Below, piece after piece: positions 1 to 8,999 of a stretch of 38,298 nucleotides of DNA. Both the position numbers and the translations under genes were made by a program. Every line of letters starts with the position of its first letter. The first letter of the stretch is position 1. A model generated the notes under the pieces. That model saw nothing but the letters and a program-made list of their open reading frames with translations. It was not told where the DNA came from and made no database searches. Source of the stretch: Bdellovibrio sp. (GTDB taxonomy: Bacteria > Bdellovibrionota > Bdellovibrionia > Bdellovibrionales > Bdellovibrionaceae); assembly GCA_046318155.1 (NCBI GenBank), contig JBKCUU010000122.1, positions 1-38,298 on the forward strand, read 5' to 3'.

Positions 1-935
1 GTCTTCATCCGGCTGATTTCGCCCTGGTGACGGTCACCACTTAAGACAACCAGATTTTTAATTCGGCGCTTTTTCAAGAGTTCAAACAGGCGCGCGCGTT
101 CATGTGGAAAATTCATCCATTTCTCAAAACCGTGATCTTCACCCACGAGCTGAATCGAGCTCACCAAAACTCGAAGCTCAGCCGGTTTGCGAAGTTCTTT
201 GCTCAGCCAAGCCCATTGCTCTTCGCCCAAGATGGTTTTTGATTTGTCGGCGGTCGCTTGGAAGATATCGAGCGGGTGCTTGGGCTTGAGGTTTTTCTCA
301 AGCGGGCTTCTGTTGTAGCGGGTGTCGAGCAGAATAAATTGGATTTTGTGCCCGAGCTTACCTGCAATGACCGAGTGGTAAACACCCTTTTGCCCCTCAG
401 GAATCAGCGAGGAGTCGACCGGGTAAAACGCACGAAAATCTTTGAGGGCGTCATTCTTAACGGGATTCTCCGCACCGCCATCGTTTTGACCATAATCATG
501 ATCATCCCAAGTCGAAAGCATCGGAACGACCGAGCGAAACGCGATGTATTCAGGAAGTTTGGCCTGCATCGCATAGATTTTTAGAAGAGGGCGCTCCTCC
601 GGTTTGGAGGCATAAACATTGTCACCCAAATTCAAATGCAGCTGGGGTTTGGTTTGCAAAATGGTGGACCACAAAGGTTGCGGCCGCTTTTGATCTGAAC
701 AAGAGCCAAAAGTAAAAAGCGTCAGGTCCTGCTTAAGATCCAAAGTCATCGCCGGCAGACTCGCGATCACCTCGGCATCTGAAGGCCCCAACTCCTGATC
801 GGGCAGCTGGGCCGGGTCGACCTTGCGTGCGCCCGAGCACGCGCTCAAGCTCATGGCGGCCGTGATGGCAAGGGCCCAAAAAAGAGGAGAAGCGACGGGT
901 TTTATCTTTGAAGCGAGAGGAGAGAGGAGTGTCAT
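1..935 (-). CDS. phoD: PhoD-family alkaline phosphatase, lipoprotein (3' end runs off the window)
   Basis: Not in the ORF track because it has no stop in the window. Manual translation from ATG 935 gives MTLLSPLASK...AMSLSAC (lipobox) and the PhoD motifs FGSC, LGDNVY, TWDDHDYG, LLDTRY, LGEEQWAWL, SSIQ, EKWMNFPHER and VVLSGDRH. Confidence 0.9.
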   Translation of the reverse strand, partial: MTLLSPLASKIKPVASPLFWALAITAAMSLSACSGARKVDPAQLPDQELGPSDAEVIASLPAMTLDLKQDLTLFTFGSCSDQKRPQPLWSTILQTKPQLHLNLGDNVYASKPEERPLLKIYAMQAKLPEYIAFRSVVPMLSTWDDHDYGQNDGGAENPVKNDALKDFRAFYPVDSSLIPEGQKGVYHSVIAGKLGHKIQFILLDTRYNRSPLEKNLKPKHPLDIFQATADKSKTILGEEQWAWLSKELRKPAELRVLVSSIQLVGEDHGFEKWMNFPHERARLFELLKKRRIKNLVVLSGDRHQGEISRMK

Positions 936-970
936 GGGATGACCTTTCGCGGGCAAATGGAGTTGGCCAC

Positions 971-1003
971 AAAAAAGCCCGTCTCCTCAGGAGCAAGACG
1001 GGC
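971..1003 (-). terminator. Intrinsic terminator of prpDBC
   Basis: 8-bp stem GCCCGTCT (977-984) / AGACGGGC (996-1003), followed on the minus strand by T6 (A6 at 971-976), just after the prpC stop. Confidence 0.75.
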
Positions 1004-1012
1004 CATCAAAAA

Positions 1013-2176
1013 TCATTTTCGTTCAGACAAGGGTTTGACATGGCGTTCAGGTGCTCCAATGTACTCAGACAAAGGACGGATAATGCGATTATTGCTTGCT
1101 TGTTCAATCACGTGAGCCGACCAGCCGGTTGTTCGCGCCATGACAAAAATAGGAGTAAAGAAATCGATTTCAAAACCCATCATGTAGTAAGCGGGCCCCG
1201 CAGGGAAATCCAAATTAGGATGAATCTTTTTGGCTTCAACCATCGTTTTTTCGAGAGCATCGTACATTTTCATCCATTTTTGTTCGCCCGTGACGTCGGC
1301 CATGACCTGTGCGTACTTTTTCATCGTGGGAACGCGTGAATCGCCGTATTTGTAAACGCGGTGACCAAAGCCCATGACTTTACGCTTTTGCGCCAGGGCA
1401 TCTTTCATCCACTGCTCGGCCTTGGCCGGATCTGCCACTTCGATCATCATGTGCATAACTTGCTCATTGGCGCCGCCGTGCAAAGGACCTTTCAGAGCGC
1501 CGATACCTGCGACCGTTGCAGAAAAAATATCAGACTCGGTTGAGGTGACAACGCGAGTGGTGAAGGTCGACGCATTGAAGCTGTGCTCAGCGTACAAAGT
1601 CAAAGACACATCAAAGGCGCGAACGACTTTTGCATCCGGAACTTTTCCGAAGCACATGTGAAAAAAGTTTTCGGCGATCGAAAGGCTGGGGTTCGGAGGA
1701 ATAAAGTCCAAACCTTTTTTAAACCGGTAATCAGCCGCGATCATTGTGGGGATTTTTGCGAGCATCATCATCGCTTTGTCGAGATTCGAAGATTTGTCCC
1801 AGATGCGCGCATCTTCACAGCCCAAGAATGAAACACCCGTGCGGATCGAGTCCATCGGATGGCACTTTTTAGGAAGCAAGCGAATCACTTCGAGATTGGC
1901 TTTTGAAATGTCGCGGTAGCTGCGCTCGATCTTTTCAAAGTCGGCGAGCTGAGCTTTGGTTGGAAGTTCACTGTTGTATAGCAGGTAAGCGACTTCCTCA
2001 AATCTGCAAGTCTCGGCCAGTTCTTGCACGGGGTAACCGCGGTAAACAAGTGAGCTGGTGTCGGGAGTCACTTTTGAAACCGAGGTGGTGTCGATGACGG
2101 CGCCATCAAGACCCTTTTTCACATTCATTTTCTCGGGTTCGGCAACGTAATCGGGATTGACGATTCTTTCGGTCAT
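1013..2176 (-). CDS. prpC: 2-methylcitrate synthase / citrate synthase
   Basis: Motifs YRGY, AEHSFNASTF, GPLHGGANE, MGFGHRVYK and HPNLDF; in an operon with prpB and prpD. Confidence 0.93.
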   Translation of the reverse strand: MTERIVNPDYVAEPEKMNVKKGLDGAVIDTTSVSKVTPDTSSLVYRGYPVQELAETCRFEEVAYLLYNSELPTKAQLADFEKIERSYRDISKANLEVIRLLPKKCHPMDSIRTGVSFLGCEDARIWDKSSNLDKAMMMLAKIPTMIAADYRFKKGLDFIPPNPSLSIAENFFHMCFGKVPDAKVVRAFDVSLTLYAEHSFNASTFTTRVVTSTESDIFSATVAGIGALKGPLHGGANEQVMHMMIEVADPAKAEQWMKDALAQKRKVMGFGHRVYKYGDSRVPTMKKYAQVMADVTGEQKWMKMYDALEKTMVEAKKIHPNLDFPAGPAYYMMGFEIDFFTPIFVMARTTGWSAHVIEQASNNRIIRPLSEYIGAPERHVKPLSERK

Positions 2177-2189
2177 GAAAAACTCCTAC

Positions 2190-3101
2190 TTATCTTTGTT
2201 TCTGTTCAACTTTAAAATTAAAAAGACCCGAGTCGAGCTTATTGTAGAGCTCGTATTTGGTCAGGTCATACAACTGTTGACGGGTTTGCATTTCGGGAAC
2301 AACGGCTTCCTGAGTGCCGTCGTTTTTAATGCGGGTGAGACCGCGTTCGACAATGCCCATGGCGAGGCGCAAAGTTGTGACGGGGTAGATCACCATATTA
2401 AATCCAACACTTTCGAGCTCTTTGGTTGTGAAGAGTTTGGACTTGCCAAACTCGGTCATGTTCGCGAGCAAGGGCACACCCACGGCTTTGCGAAACGTTT
2501 CAAATTCTTTCAGGTCAGCTAATGCCTCAGGAAAGATCATCTCGGCACCGGCATCAACATATGCCTTGGCGCGGTCAATGGCCTTTTCTAAACCCTCACT
2601 CGCACGCGCGTCGGTTCGGGCGATGATCAAAAAGTTGGGATCCAGCGCTTTGGCGTCAGCGGCGGCTTTTACTTTGCGAATCATATCTTCGGCAGTCACC
2701 AGAGCCTTGCCGTCCAAATGGCCGCAGCGTTTGGGATTAATTTGGTCTTCGAGGTGGCAACCCGCTAAACCCAGCTCAATAAATTCTTGAATCGTGCGGG
2801 CCGCACTCATTGGTTCACCAAAGCCGGTATCAGCATCGATAATCGAGGGGAGAGTGGTCACGCGAGCGATTTGCCGGCCACGCTGACCGACCTCGGTCAA
2901 CGTCGTCAAGCCAATATCGGGATAGCCCAAATCATTCGAAAGCACTGATCCCGAAATGTAGACGCCTTCAAAACCTAGTTTTTCGATTTGCATCGCCACC
3001 AGAGGTGAAAAGGCGCCCGGAAATCTTAAAAGTTTTCCCGAGGCGAGCTGCGCACGGAAATTTTTTCGTTTCTCAGAGGCGGTCAGCATCGGGAACAACA
3101 T
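2190..3101 (-). CDS. prpB: Methylisocitrate lyase
   Basis: Motifs DADTGFG, EDQINPKRCGHLDGK, IIARTDA and LLANMTEFGKS. Confidence 0.95.
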   Translation of the reverse strand: MLFPMLTASEKRKNFRAQLASGKLLRFPGAFSPLVAMQIEKLGFEGVYISGSVLSNDLGYPDIGLTTLTEVGQRGRQIARVTTLPSIIDADTGFGEPMSAARTIQEFIELGLAGCHLEDQINPKRCGHLDGKALVTAEDMIRKVKAAADAKALDPNFLIIARTDARASEGLEKAIDRAKAYVDAGAEMIFPEALADLKEFETFRKAVGVPLLANMTEFGKSKLFTTKELESVGFNMVIYPVTTLRLAMGIVERGLTRIKNDGTQEAVVPEMQTRQQLYDLTKYELYNKLDSGLFNFKVEQKQR

Positions 3102-4609
3102 TAAAAGATTCCTTTAGTGTCACGTTTGCAATTGGTCAAAGTCTCAAGGCCGATTTGAACGTTGAGCTGACCGACTTCATCAGCCGAAAGCTCGGGCAGA
3201 CGCTGCACGAGATTGATGAAACGATCGCGCTCAAGTTTGGTGATGATGCCTTCCGTGAGTGTGTCAAATTTGCGAATGTAATCAGCCCGTTTAAAGGGTT
3301 TTGCCCCTGCGGGATGGGCGTTCGCAACGCCGAGTTCGTCGATGATCTTTTCGCCATTTTTCATGGTGATCTCAACGCGGCCGCCGAAGCGTTTTTTGTC
3401 GGGATCTTGAAAGTGATAAGCTTCAGTCCATTTGGGATCTTCGAGCGTCGTGATTTTTTGCCACAAGGCCACGGTGTCAGGCCGCTGTGCACGCTCAGGA
3501 GCGTAAGACCCGACGTGGTGCCATTTTCCATCCTGCAGGGCGACCGCAAAAATGTACATGATCGAGTGATCAAGAGTCTCGCGCGAGGCCTTGGGATCCA
3601 TTTTTTGTGGATCGCCAGCGCCCGTGCCGATCACATAGTGTGTGTGGTGCGAGGTGTGGATGACGATGTCTTTGATGTCATCAAAGTTTTTAATTTTGTC
3701 TTTCATGCGAGCCGCAAGATCGATCAACGCCTGTGATTGATACTCGGCCGAGTGTTCTTTGGTGTACGTTTCGAGAATAGCCTTTTTCTCTTCGCCCACT
3801 TCAGGAAGTGGAACTTCGTATTTGCCGTCTTTGCCATCAAGCATGTAGGCGATCACCGAATCTTCACCTTCATAAATGGGAGAAGGCGCCCCTTCACCGC
3901 GCATCACGCGGTCCACGGCCTCAATCGCCAATTTGCTTGAGTGCGCAGGCGCGTATGCCTTCCAAGACGAAATCTCACCTTTGCGAGACTGGCGAGTCGT
4001 GAACGATACGTGGACGGCCTGTTGAATCGCTTGATAGATGGTTTCTTTAGGCAAATTTAAAAGTGTTCCGATGCCGGCCGCCGAAGCAGGGCACAAGTGC
4101 GCAATGTGATCTTTTTTGTGCTTGTGCAAGCAGATCGCTTTCACCAGGTTGACGTGCAATTCGTAGCCCGTGACGATTCCGCGCAAAAGTTCTTTTCCGT
4201 TTTTGCCCATTTGCTGAGCCACGGCCAAGATGGGCGGGATGTTGTCACCGGGGTGCGAGTAGTCAGCGGCCAAGTAGGTATCATGAAAATCCAATTCACG
4301 AACCGCGGTGCCGTTGGCCCAAGCCGCCCATTCACAGTCAAAGCGTTGGTTGTTGGGCATGCCAAAAACGGTGGCGCCCTTTTCGCGGGGGTGAGCAATT
4401 GCCATCGCTCGAGCTGAAGCCACGGGGCGACGGTTGGCCGCCGCAATCGCCACCGACGCGTTGTCGATGAGGCGGTTGATGACCATGTCGGTGACGGCGT
4501 CACCGATGGGGGCGTTGTCGGCCGAAATTTCGGCCATTTTCCAAGCGAGTTGATTCTCGCGGGCTAATTTTTCTTTGGAGGGGTAAACACGAACAGCATG
4601 TTTTCGCAT
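3101..4609 (-). CDS. prpD: 2-methylcitrate dehydratase (MmgE/PrpD family)
   Basis: Motifs [32 protein letters not shown] and RETLDHS. Start moved to ATG 4609, which has GAGGA 6 nt upstream. Stop overlaps the prpB start by 1 nt. Confidence 0.93.
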   Translation of the reverse strand: MRKHAVRVYPSKEKLARENQLAWKMAEISADNAPIGDAVTDMVINRLIDNASVAIAAANRRPVASARAMAIAHPREKGATVFGMPNNQRFDCEWAAWANGTAVRELDFHDTYLAADYSHPGDNIPPILAVAQQMGKNGKELLRGIVTGYELHVNLVKAICLHKHKKDHIAHLCPASAAGIGTLLNLPKETIYQAIQQAVHVSFTTRQSRKGEISSWKAYAPAHSSKLAIEAVDRVMRGEGAPSPIYEGEDSVIAYMLDGKDGKYEVPLPEVGEEKKAILETYTKEHSAEYQSQALIDLAARMKDKIKNFDDIKDIVIHTSHHTHYVIGTGAGDPQKMDPKASRETLDHSIMYIFAVALQDGKWHHVGSYAPERAQRPDTVALWQKITTLEDPKWTEAYHFQDPDKKRFGGRVEITMKNGEKIIDELGVANAHPAGAKPFKRADYIRKFDTLTEGIITKLERDRFINLVQRLPELSADEVGQLNVQIGLETLTNCKRDTKGIF

Positions 4610-4854
4610 GATAAATCCTCTGACGAAAGCGTCGGTTGATCGTTTCATTTCACGTTTGAACGCCTGAATCTAACGAGCCAAAAGAGGGGTGTCATGGGAG
4701 TCTGCATCAGCTTGAAAACAGGCTGATTTTGCCGTTTCTGGGGCGACTGATGACAGCCTAGACAGGTGGCAGCCGCCGGGTTGGCCCAGAAGGCCTCTAG
4801 AAGGGAGGTGGGGCGCCTCTTTTGGTGGCATTTTTCTTGGAATAACAAGGTTCT

Positions 4855-6216
4855 ATGACCCGGCTGCTGCTCGCCATTTTCATTCTGCTTGCCTCTGGGG
4901 TGACCGCGGCCCTTGAGCTGACCCCGATGCAGCCCTATCAAAGCGGCCCCTCGCTCCGCCAAAGTCTTTTGGCCAGCGAGTTTAGGAGGGGGTATGAACA
5001 AGAGAAGGGCCACTTTTTGAGCGTCCCGCTGGATTACGCCAAGCCCAATGGTCCCCAAACCCATATCTTTGTTTTTACCCTCAAAGTGTTTGATGCGAGC
5101 AAGCCCTCGATGATTTATTTTAGTGGTGGACCCGGCGCATCGTCTCATGGCAATCACGCGCTTAGCCGCGCGCTGCCGGGCTGGAACGTGATCTTTTTTG
5201 ACCAACGTGGAACGGGTTTTTCAAAACCAGCCAGTTTCGAAATTTTGCGCGATCAAAACTACACGTCGTCAGAAATTGTCGCGCGCGATGCCAATCAGAT
5301 CCGGCAATTTTATCAAATCGAAAAAGTCTCGGTCTACGGTCATTCGTACGGCACCGTCCCCGCAATGATCTTTGGTCACCTCTTTGAAAAACAGACCCGC
5401 GCAGTCGTGCTTGAAGGGGTGGTTGCCAAAGGCGGCAAAGAGCTGTGGGCCTCAAGTTTTCGGTTGCAGCTCTTGCAACGCGCTTGGGATGAGTTTCCGC
5501 AAGAACTCAAAGATAAAGTTATTGAGGTCTCGAAAGACCCCGACCTTCCGCGCACCTGGTTTCATGATGTGGCCCGAGGCTTCATGTACTCTGATAAATT
5601 CGCAGCCAACATGCGTGCGTTTTTAGAGCAGGCCATGGGCAGCGAAGAGCCCGTCACGTTTTTGCGCGGCTCTAGTGGACAGTCGTTTTACTACACCGAC
5701 TCGTTTTTCTTTGGCGCCTTTACCTTTAGTCACATTGCCTGCCGCGAGCTGGGAATGACGGATGAGGGGTCGACCTGGGAGTTTCTTTTTGAAGAGGGCA
5801 TCTTCACGCCGGCTCGCAATCACTTTCGCACAGGACTTTGTGCGCCCTTGGGTTGGACACCGGACCTGACAAAAACGTACGCGGCCAAGTCCTACCCCTT
5901 GAAAGTGCCGGTCACTTACTTTCAAGGGGCCACCGACGGCGCGACAGTTGCCCCCGGCGCGCTTGAACATTTTAATCAATCAGCAAAAGGATCGGCTCAG
6001 CTTTATGTCGCCGATCAAGGGGGGCATTCACCCATGAAACAACTTTTAACAGAGAGCCCCGGGGCCGGGCGACTGCGCTTGGCCGCGATTCAAGTTTTTG
6101 AATCTGGTCTTCGCGGCGAGATGATACCAAAGCCCACGTGGATTTCGCTTCTTCACAAAAACGTTGAGCTGCGCGTCTGGCGCCAGTACATCAAAATCAA
6201 AAATCAAGAATTTTAA
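4855..6216 (+). CDS. Secreted alpha/beta-fold hydrolase (prolyl aminopeptidase/TAP-like)
   Basis: Signal peptide; motifs VPLDY, GGPG, DQRGTG, nucleophile elbow GHSYG, QGATDG (Asp) and GGHS (His). Confidence 0.85.
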   Translation: MTRLLLAIFILLASGVTAALELTPMQPYQSGPSLRQSLLASEFRRGYEQEKGHFLSVPLDYAKPNGPQTHIFVFTLKVFDASKPSMIYFSGGPGASSHGNHALSRALPGWNVIFFDQRGTGFSKPASFEILRDQNYTSSEIVARDANQIRQFYQIEKVSVYGHSYGTVPAMIFGHLFEKQTRAVVLEGVVAKGGKELWASSFRLQLLQRAWDEFPQELKDKVIEVSKDPDLPRTWFHDVARGFMYSDKFAANMRAFLEQAMGSEEPVTFLRGSSGQSFYYTDSFFFGAFTFSHIACRELGMTDEGSTWEFLFEEGIFTPARNHFRTGLCAPLGWTPDLTKTYAAKSYPLKVPVTYFQGATDGATVAPGALEHFNQSAKGSAQLYVADQGGHSPMKQLLTESPGAGRLRLAAIQVFESGLRGEMIPKPTWISLLHKNVELRVWRQYIKIKNQEF

Positions 6217-8999
6217 AAAGTGCCGATCGAAAAGTGAAAGACCGCGGGGTCTTCATTGCGGTCGCCATTGGCCTTTAGTTTCCACGCGTACTCGAGTGAC
6301 ACGGCTCCCACCGGCGTCACATAACGAACCGCCAATCCAGCCGAATCGCGCCAGCCGACTTTGACATTCAGGCACGCGGTATCTGTGGGTTCGCAATCGA
6401 CTTTAACTTGTCCACCGTCATAAAAAACGGCACCGCCGACGGCCCCCCAAAACGGAAAGCGAACTTCTGATTTAACCATACTCATGGTGGCCGATTTCCT
6501 CAGGCTATAGCGGTCAGTGCCAAAATCAATTTTGGTTGGAAAAGCTTCATCGGGTGTAAAACCACGAATGGTGCTTTGCCCGCCCAAGATAAAACCCTTT
6601 TTATCATAAGGAACAGCGCCGTTGGCTTTGTCCGAGAGGTTCTTGATGTATCCACCGCGAACCGAATTGGCCCACACAAAATTGGGGATCGAGAAAATGG
6701 GGAGGTAGTGAGTCAAGAGCCCGTAGGCGCGGCCGTACTGAATTTGCTCCGAGCTGCCTAAGTACGGAGCGCCGAACTCAAGATTGACCCTAGAAAAATG
6801 ACCTTCACTGGGATTGAACGGGTGATTTCGATAATCCAGATCCGCCGTAATCGCGGTCGAGCCGATATTCAGCGTGTTCGATTCATCGCGGTCGATAAAA
6901 AAGTCACGAATGGTGGCGATATTAAAAACATCCCATACGACAAGCAAATGAGAGGTCACATCTTGCTCAAGAGACCATGTCGTCTGATTGACTTCCGAGG
7001 CTTGTCTTTTATCGAAATCAGAAATGGCGGTTTGACGGGTCAGGTTCACTCGGCCCCGAATCCGCGAGTTAAAAAGGTAGGGTTCAACGTACCCGAGAGT
7101 GATTTTGTTTTCGAGGTACTTGATCTCATTTACATTGTAATTACCTTCAAGGCGCAAAGACCCACCACGTCCCGTGCCGTTGATATTTCGGTAAGCAATT
7201 CCGGTATAACCCCGAACGGTAATTCCACGTTCACTGTTAACGCCGGCGCCAAAATTAAAGACTCCCGGATCGCGGTCGCTCACGCGGACCAGAACAGTGC
7301 GCTCAGACACCATGGTCTTTTCTTCAAGCGTCTTAATCTCGACCGAATTAAAAAAACCGAGACGTTGCAAGCGTGAGATCGACTCGTCGATCAGTTGCGG
7401 CGTTAAAACGTCCCCGCGTGAAAACTCGAGCTCTTTGTAAATGACTTCATCACGGGTCAGCGTGTTGCCTTCGATCAAAATCGAAGCGACTCGGACTTGC
7501 GGGCCTTCAAAGATTTTAAAATTCAAGTGAACAAGGGTGTTATCGTCGTTGTAGGTGACCAGACCCTCTTTTTCGTTGACCAGATTCATTTCAAGGTAGC
7601 CGAGGCGGCGGTAGTAGTCCTTAATCTTTAAGATGGCTTCATCCAGGGCCGACAGGCGAAGGGGTTTGCCGGCCTCAAGATCCAAAACTTTGATCAGTTC
7701 GTTTTCAGGAAAGGCCTTCACGTCTTCAAAGCTGATTTTCTGAACTTGGGTCAGTGGGCCTTCTTCAAGGTTGATCAAAACGGTGACTTCGCTCCGATCT
7801 TTGTTGTAAATCGTTCGGGTTGAAACGACGCGGGCACGTAAGAACCCTTGGTTCCAGCGATCCGTAATCAAGTTTTTGATCCCCACATCAAGGTCGTCTT
7901 TGACGTAGCGGCCGCTCTCGACTTCAGAACTTGAGTGCTCTTTTAAGAAATTGACGTAGAACTTTTGCGGTTGTGAAAACGAACCGCTCAGTTCTATCTT
8001 CTCGATTCTGACTCGGGGACCTTCGTTGATTTTAAGAATCACGCGGCGGGTGTAGGGCTTGTTGCCTTCGATCTCTTCGGCGTCGATCTCGACTCTGGCA
8101 AAGCCCTTGGCCAAATAGTAAGAGCGGGCCTTGGTGGCCAGCTCACCGGCGACGTTCGGACTGCTTGAAAAGTAACTTTCCAGCTGCAAAGCCCCCTCAA
8201 GCTCAGGCTTGCGGATTTTGACATCGCCTTCGATATCAAAAAAGTACTGATCCGAGTTCTTGACATGAAAGGTCAGCTCGGCTTCGGACTCTTCAAAATT
8301 GCGTTTGATTTCGGGCTCCGGTATTTCGGTGCGCCAATATTTGTTGCTTGAGAGCTCTTTGCGTAACCGCCCCCGCAAGTCAGCCAGCGTGGCACTGTTG
8401 AGCGGGTCACCCTCAAAGCGGCGGGCGAGGCGCTCCATTTTGCCTTTGAGTTCAGGATTGTTAGCAACAATCCAAATGCGTTTGATCTCGGTGCGGGGCC
8501 CCTCGCGAATTTCGACCGTCACGTTAACGTCTGTTATGCTGCTATCTAAATATTTGACGTCGACCTGAGTTTTTGGGTAGCCCAAGCCCTCGTAGATGGT
8601 GCGGATTTTTTCACCCGCTTCAATCAAGAGGCTGGGATCAAAGGGAGCTTTTTCGGCCAAGCCGGTTTCGCGACGAAGGGCGGAATCGTTCAGGACCGAG
8701 CTGCCCGTAAACTGCAAGGTATGAACCCGGCGGATCTTTCCAACCACGGCGCGGTACTCATTTTCAGACATGCGCACGATTCGGGCCGAATCATACTGTT
8801 CATCTTTTATCAAAAATTGCAGAAGTTGATCCAGTTCTGAATACGTCCACGTTCCATTTTTTAAAGAGGGGATTCGTTGCAGGAGTTTTTCTCGCGTGCT
8901 CGGCGAAAAAGCGGAAAGATCCAGCTTTCGCGTTTGTCCGAAAACAAGGTGGGAGCAGAGAAGTCCCATCAGCAAGAGACTGAGGCTCCAGAGTCTCAT
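6213..8999 (-). CDS. Omp85-family outer-membrane assembly protein (TamA/BamA-like)
   Basis: Signal peptide, repeated POTRA-like units (Y...GY, I.EGP), IRGF motif and C-terminal beta-signal VFHFSIGTF; ATGA-coupled to tamB. Confidence 0.9.
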   Translation of the reverse strand: MRLWSLSLLLMGLLCSHLVFGQTRKLDLSAFSPSTREKLLQRIPSLKNGTWTYSELDQLLQFLIKDEQYDSARIVRMSENEYRAVVGKIRRVHTLQFTGSSVLNDSALRRETGLAEKAPFDPSLLIEAGEKIRTIYEGLGYPKTQVDVKYLDSSITDVNVTVEIREGPRTEIKRIWIVANNPELKGKMERLARRFEGDPLNSATLADLRGRLRKELSSNKYWRTEIPEPEIKRNFEESEAELTFHVKNSDQYFFDIEGDVKIRKPELEGALQLESYFSSSPNVAGELATKARSYYLAKGFARVEIDAEEIEGNKPYTRRVILKINEGPRVRIEKIELSGSFSQPQKFYVNFLKEHSSSEVESGRYVKDDLDVGIKNLITDRWNQGFLRARVVSTRTIYNKDRSEVTVLINLEEGPLTQVQKISFEDVKAFPENELIKVLDLEAGKPLRLSALDEAILKIKDYYRRLGYLEMNLVNEKEGLVTYNDDNTLVHLNFKIFEGPQVRVASILIEGNTLTRDEVIYKELEFSRGDVLTPQLIDESISRLQRLGFFNSVEIKTLEEKTMVSERTVLVRVSDRDPGVFNFGAGVNSERGITVRGYTGIAYRNINGTGRGGSLRLEGNYNVNEIKYLENKITLGYVEPYLFNSRIRGRVNLTRQTAISDFDKRQASEVNQTTWSLEQDVTSHLLVVWDVFNIATIRDFFIDRDESNTLNIGSTAITADLDYRNHPFNPSEGHFSRVNLEFGAPYLGSSEQIQYGRAYGLLTHYLPIFSIPNFVWANSVRGGYIKNLSDKANGAVPYDKKGFILGGQSTIRGFTPDEAFPTKIDFGTDRYSLRKSATMSMVKSEVRFPFWGAVGGAVFYDGGQVKVDCEPTDTACLNVKVGWRDSAGLAVRYVTPVGAVSLEYAWKLKANGDRNEDPAVFHFSIGTF

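Noticed and set aside
4678..4825. 10-bp inverted repeat CCAAAAGAGG / CCTCTTTTGG, about 130 bp apart (MITE-like)
   Set aside because: Short, single copy in the window and no evident target duplication; compatible with chance.
4826..4841. Sigma54-like TGGCATTTTTCTTGG upstream of the hydrolase
   Set aside because: The -12 element is GG instead of the near-invariant GC.
6213..6216. Convergent stop codons sharing TTAA (hydrolase and Omp85 genes)
   Set aside because: A common compaction feature with no further signal.
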